This document shows, piece by piece, positions 61,244 through 64,000 of a stretch of DNA of 64,000 bases; position 1 is the stretch's first letter, and each line of letters begins with the position of its first letter. A program made the position numbers and the translations under genes. Below the pieces are notes generated by a model that worked only from the letters and a program-made list of their open reading frames with translations, did no database searches and was not told where the DNA came from. Origin of the DNA: Fibrobacteria bacterium. GTDB lineage: Bacteria; Fibrobacterota; Fibrobacteria; UBA11236. The stretch covers positions 1-64,000 of the forward strand of contig JBGTHM010000014.1 in NCBI GenBank assembly GCA_041746255.1, given 5' to 3'.

Positions 61244-61735
61244 TCAGGCCAGCAAGGCGGCCGATGCGGGTCCCGACAGGATTTTCAGGAAATTCAGCAC
61301 CTCTGGGGTAACTGCTTCGTGACGTAACGCGCAAGGCGCCCAGATGATTCCCTTGCACTCTCCCGTCTTCCAAAGCGGTAAAAGCGCCACGTCTCCCGGC
61401 ACATCGGGCTCGAAGCTGGGAAGAAAACAAGCGCGCCCTTCCCGCAAAGCCCAATCGAGAATTCCCTCTTCGATATGCTGGCGCAAGAGTTCGGCATACT
61501 CCGGGAAAACTTCGCCCGCAAAGGGAAGGTGGAGCAAGGCGCCCCCACGGGACGCCAAGGCGGCGGCGCAATGGGCCAGTACCGCCGAAGTGAGGGCCTT
61601 GGAAATGATACGCATGGCGTCTTCGGGCTTTGCGGCCCGCATCAATTCCTGAGTCCACCCCGAAAGCCGGGCGAGGGTAATCAGCGTCGAGGATTCTCCC
61701 TCGGGCTGCAGGGCATTTTCGCTGGGCGTGTTCAT
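61244..61735 (-). CDS. Stand-alone GAF-like domain protein
   Basis: GILDWAL, ALLPL..GECKGII, LNFLKILS..AS pattern; ATGA overlap with the HDOD gene. Confidence 0.55.
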   Translation of the reverse strand: MNTPSENALQPEGESSTLITLARLSGWTQELMRAAKPEDAMRIISKALTSAVLAHCAAALASRGGALLHLPFAGEVFPEYAELLRQHIEEGILDWALREGRACFLPSFEPDVPGDVALLPLWKTGECKGIIWAPCALRHEAVTPEVLNFLKILSGPASAALLA

Positions 61736-62652
61736 GGAGATTCTCCCAGAAAGTCGCTGGCGCGGTCATATTCCATTATCAGCTCACCGATTTTATCATC
61801 CAGATTGACCGGGTCGAAATTGAGAATCCGCTGCGACAACTTGGCGATATTCGCGGGCATCTCGCGAGGCGCTTCCATCGAGGAATAGCCGAGCCGTGCT
61901 CTGTGCGCGAGGTGGTTTCCCAAAAAGACCAGCAAAGGAAGTTCGGGCCGTTCGGCGGGGCAGTTTTGCGGCGCGTCGTGATATTGAATAGCCTCAACCA
62001 AAACCGGCGGCAAGCTCCATTTCTCCGCGAGCCAGGCTCCGACTTGCGCATGGGTGACACCGAAAACTTCCGTTTCGGCCTCTTCCTGGCTCATGCCTCC
62101 CGGCACCGCCAAGCGATGCACCATGTCCAAATCGTCATAGAGGTAGATGGTCAAGACCAAGCGCCCGATATCGTGCAGCAGTCCCGCCACGAAAGCCTCT
62201 CCCGCGAGACGATAACAGACGCTGCGGGCGAGCATGCGCGTCGCCGAGGCCACGGCCACCGAGTGTTGCCAGAACCGGCTCCAATCCAGACCCGCACCCG
62301 ACGATTCGCGTCTTAAAGTGGTGAGTACCGAGAGACCCAGTCCCATTTCCTTCACGGCGTCGAATCCCAAAACCACCACGGCGAGCTTCACCGTGCCTAT
62401 CTCCCGGGGAAAACCGTAAAAGGAGGAGTTGGCCACCTTGAGGATGCGGGCGGTCAAAACCTGGTCCTGCATGATCAATTTGGCGAGGCCGGCCGCGGAA
62501 GTGCGCGGGTTGTCCACCAACTCCAGCATCTTGGCCGTTACGGTGGGAAGGGAAGGCAGCGTGAGGATGGATTGGGTGACGCGTTTGACGCGTTGCGCTT
62601 TCTCGGCTTGCGAATAAAGGGGAGCTCCTCCCGAGTGCATTTCGCGGCGCAT
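61732..62652 (-). CDS. HDOD domain protein
   Basis: LPSLP, DQVLTARILKVANS, FWQHS, GLLHDIG, HAQVGAWLAEKWSLP. Confidence 0.93.
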   Translation of the reverse strand: MRREMHSGGAPLYSQAEKAQRVKRVTQSILTLPSLPTVTAKMLELVDNPRTSAAGLAKLIMQDQVLTARILKVANSSFYGFPREIGTVKLAVVVLGFDAVKEMGLGLSVLTTLRRESSGAGLDWSRFWQHSVAVASATRMLARSVCYRLAGEAFVAGLLHDIGRLVLTIYLYDDLDMVHRLAVPGGMSQEEAETEVFGVTHAQVGAWLAEKWSLPPVLVEAIQYHDAPQNCPAERPELPLLVFLGNHLAHRARLGYSSMEAPREMPANIAKLSQRILNFDPVNLDDKIGELIMEYDRASDFLGESP

Positions 62653-62657
62653 GGGGT

Positions 62658-63503
62658 TTAAGCCCCTATCTTCTGGAGCAGCTTTCCTTTGAGCTTCAAC
62701 ATGGCTTTGGAATGGATTTGGGAAACCCTCGATTCGGTGAGGTTGAGCACTTCGCCGATTTCCTTGAGAGTCAACTCTTCGTAGTGGTATAGGGCCACCA
62801 CCAGTTTTTCTTTTTCCGGGAGAGCGGAAATCGTCTCCTTCAAGATCCGTTTCACTTCCTTATACCCCAGCTCCTGCAGGGGATTGCTACCCTGCGAATC
62901 TTCGATGGTATCGATAAGCGAAAGCGACTTGTTCTCTTCTCCGCGCGCGGGTAGCGCCTCCTCCAGGGATAATATGGTGGTGGGCGCTGAATCGGTCACC
63001 ATGGCCTCGAATTCGTCCAGGGTGATATTGAGATGGGCGGCCACCTCATCGTCATAAGGCATGCGGCCATATTCGTTTTCCAATTGCGCGTAAGCCTTGT
63101 GCAGCGTACGCGCCTTCTGGCGGACCGATCGGGGTACCCAATCGAGAGTCCTCAATTCATCCAGGATGGCGCCGCGGATTTTATGGGTCGCGAAGGTTTC
63201 GAACTTGAGCCCCCGTTCGGGTTCGAAGGTGTCCACGGCTTTGAGGAGACCCATGATGCCCGAACCGACCAGATCGTCGTATTCAACCGAAGCGGGAAGA
63301 TTGATGGCCACTCGATGGGCGACGTGTTTGACTACTCCGGCATAATGCACCAGGAGCTTGTCCTTTAATGCCTTGTCGCCGGTGGCGCGGAATTCGGTCC
63401 AGGTCCGGAGAATATCCTCTTGCGGAATGCCGGCTTCTTTGACGGAAGGCTGCGCCAGTCCTTCCATGGTGGTCTTGCCCTGTTTGTTTTCCCGGATGGT
63501 CAT
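62658..63503 (-). CDS. fliA: Sigma-28 family RNA polymerase sigma factor (FliA/WhiG)
   Basis: KFETFA..IRGAILDELR.LDWVPRSVR, EELTLKEIGEVL.LTESRVSQIH. Confidence 0.93.
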   Translation of the reverse strand: MTIRENKQGKTTMEGLAQPSVKEAGIPQEDILRTWTEFRATGDKALKDKLLVHYAGVVKHVAHRVAINLPASVEYDDLVGSGIMGLLKAVDTFEPERGLKFETFATHKIRGAILDELRTLDWVPRSVRQKARTLHKAYAQLENEYGRMPYDDEVAAHLNITLDEFEAMVTDSAPTTILSLEEALPARGEENKSLSLIDTIEDSQGSNPLQELGYKEVKRILKETISALPEKEKLVVALYHYEELTLKEIGEVLNLTESRVSQIHSKAMLKLKGKLLQKIGA

Positions 63504-63518
63504 GGATGAACTTCAGCC

Positions 63519-63857
63519 CTAGGGCTTCTTGCCTTTTTTGACCGCGCCGGACGCGCCTTCGTTTGCGGTAACGGCCGATGCTTCCGGGGACTTGAAATGC
63601 GTGAGAATCCCCCGTTGTTCGGGAAGCAAGGTGGCGTCACGGGCGGAGGCCATCAGCGATTTGACGAAAGTATCGCTGACGATGAGGAAGAATATCCAAC
63701 TCGCCGTCGCCAGCAGCAAACCTTTCACCAAAGCGGTTACGATAGTTTGCCAGGAAAAATCGGAGGATAGAAACAGTGAGAAGCCCACGGTAAAGAAAAA
63801 CAACAGGGTAATGAGATACCGGGTTATTTGTTGGGTCAGCCGGGCCGTTTTTGTCAT
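63519..63857 (-). CDS. Hypothetical 2-TM membrane protein upstream of fliA
   Basis: Two hydrophobic helices; co-oriented 15 bp from fliA. Confidence 0.65.
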   Translation of the reverse strand: MTKTARLTQQITRYLITLLFFFTVGFSLFLSSDFSWQTIVTALVKGLLLATASWIFFLIVSDTFVKSLMASARDATLLPEQRGILTHFKSPEASAVTANEGASGAVKKGKKP

Positions 63858-64000
63858 AGTTTACAGCGTTTCGCTCCCAGAGGGATGGGGGAGAGTGCAG
63901 TCGGCAATCTCCTTACAGCCCAATTATGGCTTCCGGTTCCCTTCGGTTGCAAGCAGATTCTCCTCTCCACCTCACGGGGGCGGGCGCTTCAGGCCACCAT

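Overview
Gene-dense, GC-rich bacterial chromosome segment with about 62 CDSs and one tRNA-Arg(ACG). It is mostly housekeeping: ung, gmhA, gyrA, surE, hisS, queF, serC, panC, a folK-deoxynucleoside kinase fusion, rho, proC, thrC, two tandem class A PBPs, proS, purE/purK, egtB/egtD and fliA. Gene content and sequence style suggest a diderm of the FCB group, possibly Fibrobacterota; this is inference, not verified. I found no CRISPR array, rRNA, transposase, integrase or prophage. The most notable signals are: (1) a DUF4270-like lipoprotein and FadL-like barrel pair resembling Bacteroidota BAM accessory subunits, directly upstream of glycogen genes; (2) two orphan proteins sharing a diverged ~140-aa domain, convergent with a membrane pseudokinase; (3) a FecR-like / outer-membrane barrel / HPt-REC-degenerate GGDEF-REC operon; (4) a 162-bp palindromic MITE-like element flanked by TA; (5) a baeRF (Balon-like) gene in a stress cluster; (6) a plant-type threonine synthase. 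All family assignments come from motif recognition by eye; no database search was run.
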